Positions 8,269 through 18,100 of a stretch of DNA of 24,227 nucleotides are shown piece by piece. Within the stretch, counting starts at the first letter, position 1. Every line of letters starts with the position of its first letter. The stretch comes from Vitrella brassicaformis CCMP3155 (lineage: Eukaryota; Protista; Chromerida). A model generated the notes under the pieces. It did not search any database. It had not been told where the DNA came from and saw nothing but the letters and a program-made list of their open reading frames with translations. The position numbers and the translations under genes were made by a program. The DNA is taken from positions 1-24,227 of the forward strand of contig CDMY01000750.1 in assembly GCA_001179505.1 (NCBI GenBank), in the 5' to 3' direction.

Positions 8269-10088
8269 CGTGCCAACGTCCGTGGCTTCATGTATGGAGG
8301 GATGCCACTAATGTTGATTCGATGGACACCAAAAGACGGATCGACATGGCCAAGGTCAGTCTTGTCTCGTCCTGTCCCTTGTACGTCTTTGATCACCTGA
8401 GCTGCCCGTCTCTTCTGTTGGTCTGTCAGGCCTTTGCCGATCTGTATCTCATGCTCGATGCCGTCCGCATTTGGGTAGCCGCGGACGTCCTCTGTCTCTG
8501 GCGTTGTCCCCATAAGGTGGTCAAGTCGCTCTCGATCGAATTCAGCAGGTACAAGGTCAGTTTCTGCCAGCTTGGCTGCCGCGATATGCCGTGTCTCATT
8601 CATAGGTGGCTGCGATAAGGAGATCGCATCCTCAAGGCCCGTGAATGCGACGAACCAGCCCAACACATGGTTCCTTGGTAGGATGACTCTCTTTGCCGAA
8701 AGATTGTAGAGCTTCACGTATACACGACGGCCTGTCGTCACCTCCATCACATCCTTCTCTACCCGAATGTAAGCTCCTCGGTGGTGTGTGAGCCCTGGAT
8801 GCTCTAACAAACGCCCAACCTCTCCTATTTGTCCTTCAGGTCCACTCAATCGCGCTCGCACCCATGTCTCCTTGCCCGCTGGTATGGGTGTCTTGGCTGT
8901 GACGACGACCTGAGTTTTCGGCTTCCTTCGTTCCTGTCCGGGTGAGCTTGATCTTACAAAACCTATAGCTGTTACACTCACGCCATCTGTGTCGTGTGCG
9001 TATGGCTCATGGATGCTCATAGGCGGCCATTCCTGTCTCGAGGTCACACGTACTTTGCCGATTTGATAATCTACAATGACCCTTTCCTCTCGCATCGCCT
9101 TTCCTCCAAGTAAGACGATAGTTTTGGGATCGTCGATGACACAAAAGTCAGCGATGATAGGTCTCATAGTCTGTCTCCCCTTATCTGTTGCCACTCCTTC
9201 AGGCAAGAGGGCGATTTGAGCGGCGCTATCGATCGCTACATCACCGTAGTGCAGCATGCTCAACTTCACCCCAGTGATTGGCTTCATGACTATCTCTCCG
9301 TTGCCCTCCTCATGCAGCTTCCTCAGCATCCGTCGGCTCATCACACTGAGGTCAGCGCCCGTATCAACAAGCACCTCACATAATACCCCATTCACCCTCA
9401 TCAGCACATATGTCTGCCAGCGTACAGTTCGCAAAAGCTCACTGTGGTTCGCCTCCTGCTTTCGTGCATCTGTAGGAGCCCTATTGCTTCCACCACAGAC
9501 TGCATTGATATTCGCAGAGACTCCCTGACCACTCTCTCTCTTATCAGCCACTGGTGGGCCCAGTGCTGCTACACCGACGGAATGCGAAGAAAAAGGCGTC
9601 CCCTCTCTTCGCCTACCGTAATCGACGACATCCGAGGAAGAAGGCGTCCCGTCTTCTCGTCTGCCGCCATCGGGTTTTTGGCGGAGCTAGCCCCGACCAG
9701 CTCCAGCCCTTCGTCAGTTGTCTCGGTGGATGCCCACTCACCACCGGCAGTATCCGAGTCGTAGCCCTTATGTGAGACTCGCGCCAACCGACTGTCATTA
9801 CCAATGTCCGCTGATGCACCAGGGCGTGCCGTCATGCACTGTCGCTTCGCCGATGCACCCCAAGGACCTACCGACCTGCACTGCAAGTTCTCGCCCAGTC
9901 CGCATCTGTCTGCGTCCCCCAGGCAATCCCTTGGCCCAGCCGCCGGGATAAACGTGTGGTCAGTATCTCTCGTATCAACAATGTCGACAACTATATTGGA
10001 ATGGGGTTTCCTCTGTGCCTGTACACTCAGAGCGTCAACCGAGCCTGTCTCCTTCAAAAATGAGCTCTTCATCAAAGAATGCGCATGT

Positions 10089-10153
10089 AGGGCGTCGTCT
10101 GCCGGTGCTGTGTCCTCTCGCCCGCCCTGAAGCGGAGGACTCATCCGTTTCCC
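10089..10153 (-). promoter_or_regulatory. -1 frameshift signal (G GGA AAC plus pseudoknot), element B
   Basis: CTG GGA AAC GGA TGA gag end, followed by GUCCUCCGCU/GGCG-A-GAGGAC stem and AGGGCG/CGCCCU stem. Confidence 0.85.
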
Positions 10154-11475
10154 AGCTGCGGGGGGTCAGGAGGAGGGAGCGCTCTAGCTTGAACAGTGTT
10201 TGACCCTGTTAGTGTCGCTCCTCGCATTTGCTCAGGGGAAGGTGTCCATCCCTTCGGTCGCTTTCTACATCGGGCCCACTTGTGTCCATAGATGCCGCAG
10301 TAGAGACATCTGCCTGGGAACTTTCCTGCCCACTTATTAGTCCTCTTGTCTGGGTCTTGTGTCGCTGCTCTCTCTTCTCTTCTGTGTCTGCCCGACGCAT
10401 CGCGTTGTCCCTTCAGGTCAGCCACTTCCGCCTTGAGCTCATTAATGGATGCAGTGAGAGAGTCCCGGCTCTCCGTCTCTTTCTGCTTGTCGATGCCATC
10501 GGCAGGTGTCCCACCGACCGCACCGATCTCAAATCGTGCACGTTTCGACGATCTTGTCCTCTCGGCATCGCTCTCGCCATCGTCGTCACCGTGGCCATTG
10601 CCGCGCTTGCGTGTCCGCAACAGCCAGACCTCTGCACTCAATCCGAGCTCCTTCACGGCGCTGAATGTGTGGGGGTCGTCGTCTTTGCGGTATATTTCTT
10701 CTTTTAGTCTACGTAGCAGGCCATCGATGAATAACTCGACTGCCTCTCTTTCCGATTTGTGCGTGCGTGCCTTCTGGTAGATGTCGTTGAACTCATTGAA
10801 CGCATCTTGAAACGATTGATCGGGCTTCTGCTTCCATGTCTTCATTTGCTCAGCTACGGCGATTGTCTGTGCCTGTTTCTGGCCAAACTCTCGAGCCAAG
10901 AAGTCCAAGAGCGTCTCCAGCTGTACGGCTTGGCTGTTGTCTCCCCATCCTGCCTGTGTGCTCATCCATCGAGTGACGCGAGTGCGTGCAGTGCCCCGTA
11001 AGGCGCTCATGATGAATGGAAGTATCTGGCCTCCTTTCAAATGGTACATGTTCTCAGCCGCCCTGACTTCATCAATGAATGCCTCCACAGTATGCTCTGC
11101 GCCTCCATCAAACGACTGGATGGACACCGATGGTTTCTGTAGGTCGTTTCGTGTCCAGGCATCTAGCTTCGACGGCAGCTCACTCAACTCTGCCTGCGAC
11201 GGCGTCTGGCTTGGATGAGAACTGCTTGCTTGGTGTGTCAGTGCAGGTCCTTCATCTGGCAGCACCACGATGTCGGTGGTGTCCCCTCTGCGAGTGTATG
11301 TTGGTGAGACATCAGCGTCTCCTTCACGCCGTGCATTCGCCGCACGCCGTGTCTGTCTCTTCATGGCTTTCTTGCCACGCTTCAGCACCTGCAGCGCACG
11401 CTTTCGTGTCAATGCGCTCTCCGCCCGTGCGGGAGGTGCTGATTCCGTGCTCAGACCGCTTCGTGTCCTCGCCAT
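10141..11475 (-). CDS. gag: Gag, element B (444 aa, intact)
   Basis: Open ORF from an ATG in good context (ATCATGG), retrotransposon-gag-like core and knuckle CLYCGIYGHKWARC. Confidence 0.93.
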   Translation of the reverse strand: MARTRSGLSTESAPPARAESALTRKRALQVLKRGKKAMKRQTRRAANARREGDADVSPTYTRRGDTTDIVVLPDEGPALTHQASSSHPSQTPSQAELSELPSKLDAWTRNDLQKPSVSIQSFDGGAEHTVEAFIDEVRAAENMYHLKGGQILPFIMSALRGTARTRVTRWMSTQAGWGDNSQAVQLETLLDFLAREFGQKQAQTIAVAEQMKTWKQKPDQSFQDAFNEFNDIYQKARTHKSEREAVELFIDGLLRRLKEEIYRKDDDPHTFSAVKELGLSAEVWLLRTRKRGNGHGDDDGESDAERTRSSKRARFEIGAVGGTPADGIDKQKETESRDSLTASINELKAEVADLKGQRDASGRHRREERAATQDPDKRTNKWAGKFPGRCLYCGIYGHKWARCRKRPKGWTPSPEQMRGATLTGSNTVQARALPPPDPPQLGNG

Positions 11476-11517
11476 GATAGTGTCTCAAGTGTCACTTCAC
11501 GGACTTCTCCGAGTTGC

Positions 11518-11535
11518 TTCACGGCAGATGCACCA
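11518..11535 (-). promoter_or_regulatory. Primer binding site of element B
   Basis: Identical to the PBS of A, 5 nt from the LTR end. Confidence 0.85.
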
Positions 11536-11540
11536 GAAAA

Positions 11541-12371
11541 TGCTCGCCGCCTGTGTATGAGCTGTCTTTGAGACGAGCTGTGCCTAGTGGAGAACGAAAT
11601 GTGAAGTGATTGTCCGTTGGTTGACGATTTGGAGACACGAAGAAGAGGCTTTCACTTGTAACACACAGAGGTCTGTCCACACGCTACACACACAGTGTCA
11701 CGCACACGAACACGCACGCGATGTCAATCACAGTATCAGTGAGGCGCGTCGGCAGCCACGCAGAATTCGCATCGACTCTCTCTCTCTCGTCTTGAGAGTC
11801 GCCAGGGAAGGTCGACGTTTGGAACAACGGGAGTGCTGGAGGGGAAGCAGAAAGGTGAGAGGCAAGATCACTATCAGATCTCGCCCGGGATTACTGGGAT
11901 GGCCACCAATCGTGATGAGAACAACAAGGAATGACTAGAATGATCACTGGAAGGGAAAACAAACGAAAGAACGCTCGTTTGTCGAAGATTGGCAAGTTTG
12001 ACGCCGAAAATCTGCCGAGCTCGCTCGACCCCCCTAGGGTCAGGGTTTAAACCCTACATTGAGCGATGTGGAAATCCACATCGCCTTTCTGCGAGCTTAG
12101 ACTGCTTCCGTTTCTCCCTACCCTAGCACTCGCGTGCATGTGGGAGGATGGCTCTGGAGAGCCGTGTCCTTCCACTTTTATGCCAAACGCACCAACGAGG
12201 GAAGCAACAGTGGCAGGAAGGCCGCGCACTGATGGATGGAACGACAACGGCGGCCCAGAGTCTTCCCTCCCTTCATCAGCGCAGCGGTATACATCACGAC
12301 ATGCGCACGGGAAACCCCTTTGTTCACTCGCATACACATCATTAACCTGTCATCTCATGCACCCTGCAACA
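11541..12371 (-). repeat. 5' LTR of element B (831 bp)
   Basis: TG...CA; first ~445 bp nearly identical to 3324-3770, remainder (U3 side) strongly diverged; right flank begins GAAAG. Confidence 0.93.
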
Positions 12372-12674
12372 GAAAGCTTAAAGTGTCTCTGTTTCGCTAC
12401 GTGCACATGATGCAGGCTTGTGTCTGCAGTGAGTAGCTCGAGTTGCCGTCTTGTCTGCTTGTGTTTTGTATGTCTAAGTCTGGCGGAGCCTGGCAAGCAG
12501 GACATGGTGAGCGTTGCCATGTTCTCAAAGGCGTTCGTCACCTCGCCGACCAGCTTGAGAGCATGGTCTTTGCCATCCCAGGCTTCGACCAGCCTGGTAC
12601 CAGTTTAATCCATGCCTTTCAGCATCGAGGACACGTCAGAGCACTTGTCTGTGTGTGTAACGCTGAAAGACACC

Positions 12675-12742
12675 ACACAGACACAGACACAGACACAGAC
12701 ACAGACACAGACACAGACACAGACAGACACACACACACACAC
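12675..12742. repeat. (ACACAG)n/(AC)n microsatellite
   Basis: Directly visible. Confidence 0.95.
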
Positions 12743-13140
12743 GCATCCAGATCTGCAGCGCACGGTTGTGTGGTTGTGTGGGCTTCATCTTCACCTATCT
12801 GACCGATATCCTGCGAACGCAATACGATAAATCATTGACAATCAGTGCAAAGATGACCGTACGTAATTGCTCTACACGTCTGTGGCCTACGCAGATGCAG
12901 GCGCAAGTCGAACGTGCGTTGACGATGCGAAATCAGTGAGAAACTGAGGTACTCTCTGGACATCTTCCGGCGTATTTTGACAGGCGACTGAGCACATATC
13001 CACAAGTTTCTCGAGCCACAAGTCGCCACACAAGACGACAACGGTCACTGAAACAGCTTGAACCACACAAAAAGGTCTCATTCACTTCTGCAAGGTTGAA
13101 CGCTGCCCGGCTCCCAGCTGAACCTTTTTTTTGACCGTGT

Positions 13141-13634
13141 CAAACTGAACCAAACCTTTTCATATGAAAGCCAGGGCACCCCTGAAGCCCTAATCGAACC
13201 GAACCGAACCGAAAATGCCGTCAGAACCGAGAACGAGGCGAAAAGCTCGCAAGGTGAAAAACCTCATGGCCCCCGGTGCGAGCTTGACTTTCTGTCGAGA
13301 GTCGCGATGAAACCCTAAACTTAAACCCTAGACCCTGAGCCATGCCGAACCGAACCGAACCCAAATCACTTGTCATCCACCAGGAGACACCGTCGAACTG
13401 AACTGAACTGAACCGAACCGAACCAAAAGAATGTCTCATCCACCAGGAGCCCTTGTCGAACCGAACCGAACCGAACCGAACTAAAACAATGTATCATCCA
13501 CCAGGAGCCCTTGTCGAACCGAACCGAACTGAACCGAACCGAACCAAAACAATGTCTCATCCACCAGTGAACCGAACCAAAACAATGTATCATCCACCAG
13601 GAGCCCTTGTCGAACCGAACCGAACCCTCCCGAA
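13141..13634 (+). repeat. Composite satellite: (GAACC/GAACT)n runs separated by TCATCCACCAGGAGCCCTTGTC-type units (about 5 units)
   Basis: Directly visible. Confidence 0.9.
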
Positions 13635-13964
13635 CATTGTGTGGCGCCTGCGTTGTGTGCGGGTGGGTGTGATGTCAAACGCAAGACAGTACACAAGCAA
13701 GAGAGGGAGCAGTGGATGTATATGTATTCATACGTGTTGCTGTTGTGCGAGCAGCATGCACAGTGAATGATCAAAAGAAGCCTGCACGGTTCAAACGTAG
13801 CTAAAGAGATGAGAGAGCAACAAGCGCGTGGGACACAATGACGCATTCACTTTAAAGCACTTCAACGCATCCACTGACGCGCTTTCCTGCGACGCAAGTT
13901 GTCCTTTTTACTGACGTATAAAGCGCGATGGACGCCACACACGACCCATCCCTTTTTTCTGCCT

Positions 13965-14062
13965 TTGTGTGTGTCTTTCAGTTTTTTTGTCTTTCTGCGT
14001 GTCTTTCTGTGTGTCTTTCTATCTTTCAGTCTGTCTTTCTGTCTATCTGTCTATCTGTCTTT
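13965..14062. repeat. TCTG/TCTT/TCTA-rich microsatellite (left half of the target site of C)
   Basis: Directly visible; continues at 22689-22772 on the other side of element C. Confidence 0.9.
14059..14062. other. Target-site duplication CTTT (second copy 22689-22692)
   Basis: 4 bp flanking both ends of element C; the 5-bp flanks do not match (TCTTT vs CTTTT); low-complexity context weakens the evidence. Confidence 0.75.
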
Positions 14063-14686
14063 TGTTGCGGTGCTCGCGCTGCTTCGTGTCTGTCGACTCT
14101 CTCAGCGAGCGGGTCTTAGTGGAGAATGCTGTGGGAGGATGTGATGTGATGTGAAGTGAGGGATACAAGACTTCTTGTCGAGTGTGGGTCTGAGGTGCAG
14201 AGTCAATCAAGGTGGACGTCCACACACACACAGGGATGCTGGGAAGGACTGCCCAATGCTTATTCAAGCCGCAAACAAAGAAACGAAACAACACAGAAGT
14301 CCGCCAGTCAGAATAAGGGGAGGCGCAATGGCAAAAGAAGAGCTCGCTCAGGCGTTCTGTCGCTTTGGCTCGCCCCTTCCGAGCCGTTTTGTCTCCCCCG
14401 GCCGCTAGAGTCTGTTTTACGAAGACTGGCCCCCCAACTCATCGCGACACACCAGCACACACATGCACACGTCACAACACATGCACAAGATGGCAAAAAG
14501 CAAAGCAAACACAACACAAACATATGCGAGAGAGTGGCATGCGCTGATGAACGAAAGCATGGAGACGGATCTTCCCTCCCTTCATCAGCGCAGCGATACA
14601 CCATTGCAGCGTGTACACACGGGACCACTTTTTCACCCACATACATGCACTCATGACTGATGTGCCATTTCAGGCACCCTGCAACA
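14063..14686 (-). repeat. 3' LTR of element C (624 bp)
   Basis: TGTTGC...GCAACA termini; 4 transitions versus the 5' LTR over 559 comparable bp. Confidence 0.97.
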
Positions 14687-14699
14687 TTTCCCTCCCTTC
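14687..14699 (-). promoter_or_regulatory. Polypurine tract of element C
   Basis: GAAGGGAGGGAAA adjacent to the LTR. Confidence 0.9.
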
Positions 14700-15153
14700 G
14701 AGTGCTGAGCTCCGAGCAGCACCCATTCCATCAATGCAGGGTGACACATCAATGCCTCACAGACCATTGTCACTCATATATGCAACACATGCATCATAGT
14801 ACACCTCGAGAAGGAGAAACCCACAGAAAGTGATAAAAACTCCTTCTTCTGCTTCGCCTCCGAAACGGCCCAACCCATCAATGACCGTTGTCAGTGTTTG
14901 TGGTTGGAGATGAGGACCGACTGCTATGCAGCGCCCTTTGTCTAAGGCATGGGAGTCCTCAGCTCCGGCGAAAGCAGCTACGCACAACCCGCATGCACCC
15001 CAATCCTATCCACATGTAAATCATGCAGGGGGGCGGCCCCCAGAGAGACGAAAAGCGCGCGCACTGGCGTGCAAGGTCCTCAACAGATGGCGACTGTACA
15101 TATCAACACTTCATCAAAGAACACAGTGCAGAGGCTTTGAGCCAGCCCTCTGC

Positions 15154-18100
15154 TCACTGTTCTTCCATCTGTTGGAGCTGGTCCTCGTGTTCCCGCTCCG
15201 GCGCTTCCAATTCATCGTTTCCATCTCCTTCTCTCTCCCATTGGTAAAAGCGGAGGAAGTCAGCCAGCGAGATGGTGCTCTCCATACCCACGAGGCTCTT
15301 CTTGCTTGACCGCTTTGTGCGTGTCGGCTCTTTCAGGTAATGCAGCTGAATGCCATCCTTATCGAGCTTCTTCACTTTCACTGTGTGCTCTCGATTGAGC
15401 TCCTTGCAGTGCCTTACTCACGCAATGGCATACAGCGGCGGAAATGGCGCATCATCGCAGCGCAGGTCAGAGCCAACGTCTCGGTCTTCGTAATCCTGCA
15501 CAAGTTGTTTGCAGAGCACATCACTCTCGTCCTCCCATGACGCACTCGAGAGGGGATGCCACCGCCATTTGCACTTGTATTGGACCCGGCTCTGGTGGAC
15601 CCTCTTTCCAACAATGGCTTCCACCTCGTGCTCAACACCTTTCTCAAATCATGCGTCTGGCTCGACGTCCTTGAGCCATGGCTCATGGGCTATTGGATCA
15701 AAGGCAGCTCTGTCTGATGATGCCCTCTTCTGTATCGGCACGTGGTCTTCTCCAAGAACGAAGCCTTTCAAGGTATCCTCTTGCTCAGGCGACAAGAATG
15801 CGTCCTGATTGAACACCGTCTGCCTCCTGTCTCTTTTCAGGTAACTTCCCGGTACATCAAAGGCTCCATCATGCGTGCATTCCTCCAAAGGCGGTGTGGA
15901 TGCCTTCAGTCGATCAACATTGATTGTTTTCGCCACCTGGTCTCCGCACACACGGACCTTATATGTGACGGGCCCTGTCTTATTCTCGACGATGCCGACT
16001 GTCCGCCAAGGTGAAATGAGTTTCTTGCTGAGGCCCTTCGGCACCTGATTGTTGTATATGCGTACTCTGTCTCCTGGATTGAATTCCCTTGCTGCAGGCA
16101 AGTCCCTCTCACGGGCAGCCGCTCGCTGTTTCGCTCTATCCATGCTCAAGCGTGCCTTCTCATGAATCGCTTGGATGCCCTCGACTATCAGCCTGGTGGC
16201 GTCTTTCACGTCGACGTCCTTTGCCGCCGATTCGTTTGGGGCAACAAGCCTCACAGTGCTGCCGGGATGGACTGCTTCTCGCCCTGTCAGCATTTTGAAA
16301 GGGGTGAATCCAGTGGACTGGTGCTCCGTCGTGCGATACGCATAGAGGTACACCTGGATGGCTCTGTCCCAGTTTGTCTGTCTTTTATCCAGGTAGGGAC
16401 GGATGCCTTCCTTCAGGCTGCGATTGAAGCGCTCGATCATGCCATTGCCTTGTGGGTGCAGTGGCGAGACCCTGATGTGTTTGATCCGCAGCCTGGTCGT
16501 CACCTCATGCATCAATTGATTGACAAAGTGGCTCCCATTGACCGTGATGATCTCTTCCGGGAGTCCATGTCTCGCAATAACCCTGATGAGTGCCTTAACC
16601 GTGTCTTCACCCGTCGGTACGTTGCCGAAAAGCTCAACCTCTGGCCATTTCGTGAAGTCATCTTGGATGGAGGGCTGGAACGGACCGATCAAGTCCATAG
16701 CCACTCTTTGAAATGGTCTCTCAGCTGACGGTATTTGTATGGACGGCCTTTTGTTTGTCCTCAGGTTTCGTTTACTCTCGCAAGCTGGGCATGCCTCAAT
16801 GTGCTTGCGGAGATCGCCATACATGCCTGGCCAGTAATATTCGCGCGCCATCCGTTTGTAGGCTCTCTCAATCGCCAGATGGCCAGCCAAAAGGTGCTGA
16901 TGGTGCAGCTTCATGGCTTCCGGCCGTAGCGATGTGGGCACCAGCAATACAGGTCCATGCCCTTGGTGTTTTGATGCAACTTTAACCAGCCCGTCAAGTA
17001 GGCAAGCATCATCCAGCTTTGACCAATATGTCTTCGGCACGGCGTCTCGCAGCTGGTCGAGCTCTCCTTCACTTGTATTGCCATCTTTTGCCTTCAGGTA
17101 TGTCTTCACTCGTGAGACGTCATCACACTGGTCCTGGGCCTCTATGATCTGGTCAAGATGGAACAGCGGACCGTCATCCATGGCCTCAAGATCGATTGCG
17201 CCGAGTTGGTACGGCACGTCAACCGAAGCAGGTATGTCTCCCATGTCTTCTTGTCCAGGGGGCCGCGACAGTGCATCTACGTCTGTGTGTTGTTTGCCAG
17301 GTCGATGTCGGAAGACAAACTCATAATCTTGCAACATCAACGACCATCGCTGCAGCTTGCGATTGCCCTCTTCTGCGAACCGCAGCGCTCTCAAGGCTTG
17401 ATGATCCGACACCAGCTCAAACCGTTGCCCAAATAGGTAGGGGCGAAAGTGACAGACTGCATAGTAAATGGCGTGCGCCTCCCTCTCCGTGGCTGACCAC
17501 TTGCGCTCAGATTCACCAAGGATCGCACTCGCGTAATGAATCGGTCTTTCCTTCCCGCTGCCGTCTCGTTGGCAGAGAATCGCTCTAACTGCATAGCCAC
17601 TTGCGTCTGTCTTGAGAATGAATGGCCTCTTAAAGTCAGGCAAGGCTAACACAGGCGCCTGGACCATCCGGTCTTTCAATGTCGCGAATGCTCTCTTCTC
17701 CGTGTCTCCCCACACGAATGGATTGTTCTTCTTTGTCAGGTCTGTGAGCGGCCTTGCTAGGTCAGCATAACCATCCACGAACCGTTTGTAGTATTGGAAG
17801 AGACCAAGGATACTCCTCACTTCCTTCTTGTCTGTCGGCTCAGGCATGTGGACCATCTTTTCAATCTTCTTCGGATCAGCTTGCAGCCCGTGCATCGATA
17901 TCATCCTGGCGAAGAATGTACACTTGCTCGGCTTCACTTTGACATTTGCCCTTTGAAACAAGCGAAATGTCTCAAGAATGTGCTTGCAATGCTCTTCAAA
18001 GGTACGCGAGAAGATGACAATGTCGTCTACATAAACAAATGTGCTCTTCCACAGCACCGGTGCCAGCGTCTTGTCCGTCACTCGCTAAAATGTTGCGACA

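Larger units (their letters stand above)
4590..10153 (-). pseudogene. pol: pol of element B: protease, dUTPase-like region, RT, RNase H, integrase, chromodomain, C-terminal extension; 1-nt deletion near 9668 and in-frame stops at 7602, 6303, 6075, 5244, 5004
   Basis: Motifs VDTGAD, WRLCIDYRWLN, TLDATSGFWQ, YVDD, TDASGYA, DHQAL, DALSR, HLLAGH/CAAC, MDFIGP, TDNGSHF, IERFNRTLK; all fragments below the 9668 shift are in one frame. Confidence 0.95.
3324..12371 (-). mobile_element. Gypsy LTR retrotransposon B with chromodomain integrase, defective and mosaic
   Basis: Two LTRs, PBS, PPT, gag, and pol with PR-RT-RH-INT-chromodomain order. Confidence 0.95.

Noticed and set aside
9804-10130. Antisense ORF MHCR... 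present in all three elements (1602-1988, 9804-10130, 20046-20351)
   Set aside because: It is the shadow of the conserved pol transframe region on the opposite strand; there is no independent motif, and starts and ends are dictated by the sense frame.
10141-10144. AUGA stop/start overlap suggesting termination-reinitiation for pol
   Set aside because: The ATG is TTG in element A, while the slippery heptamer and pseudoknot are kept in all three copies.
12440-12650. Possible host exon on the minus strand (…RLVEAWDGKDHALKLVGEVTNAFENMATLTMSC…) next to an intron-like microsatellite
   Set aside because: It contains an in-frame TAA, has no recognisable domain, and the splice sites are ambiguous; it cannot be supported without transcripts.
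14542-14592. CTGATGA...GAAA resembling a hammerhead ribozyme core in LTR C
   Set aside because: Only 2 nt separate CUGAUGA and GAAA, so there is no stem II; on the other strand no GAAA or stem III is correctly placed. The motif is explained as one arm of an inverted repeat.
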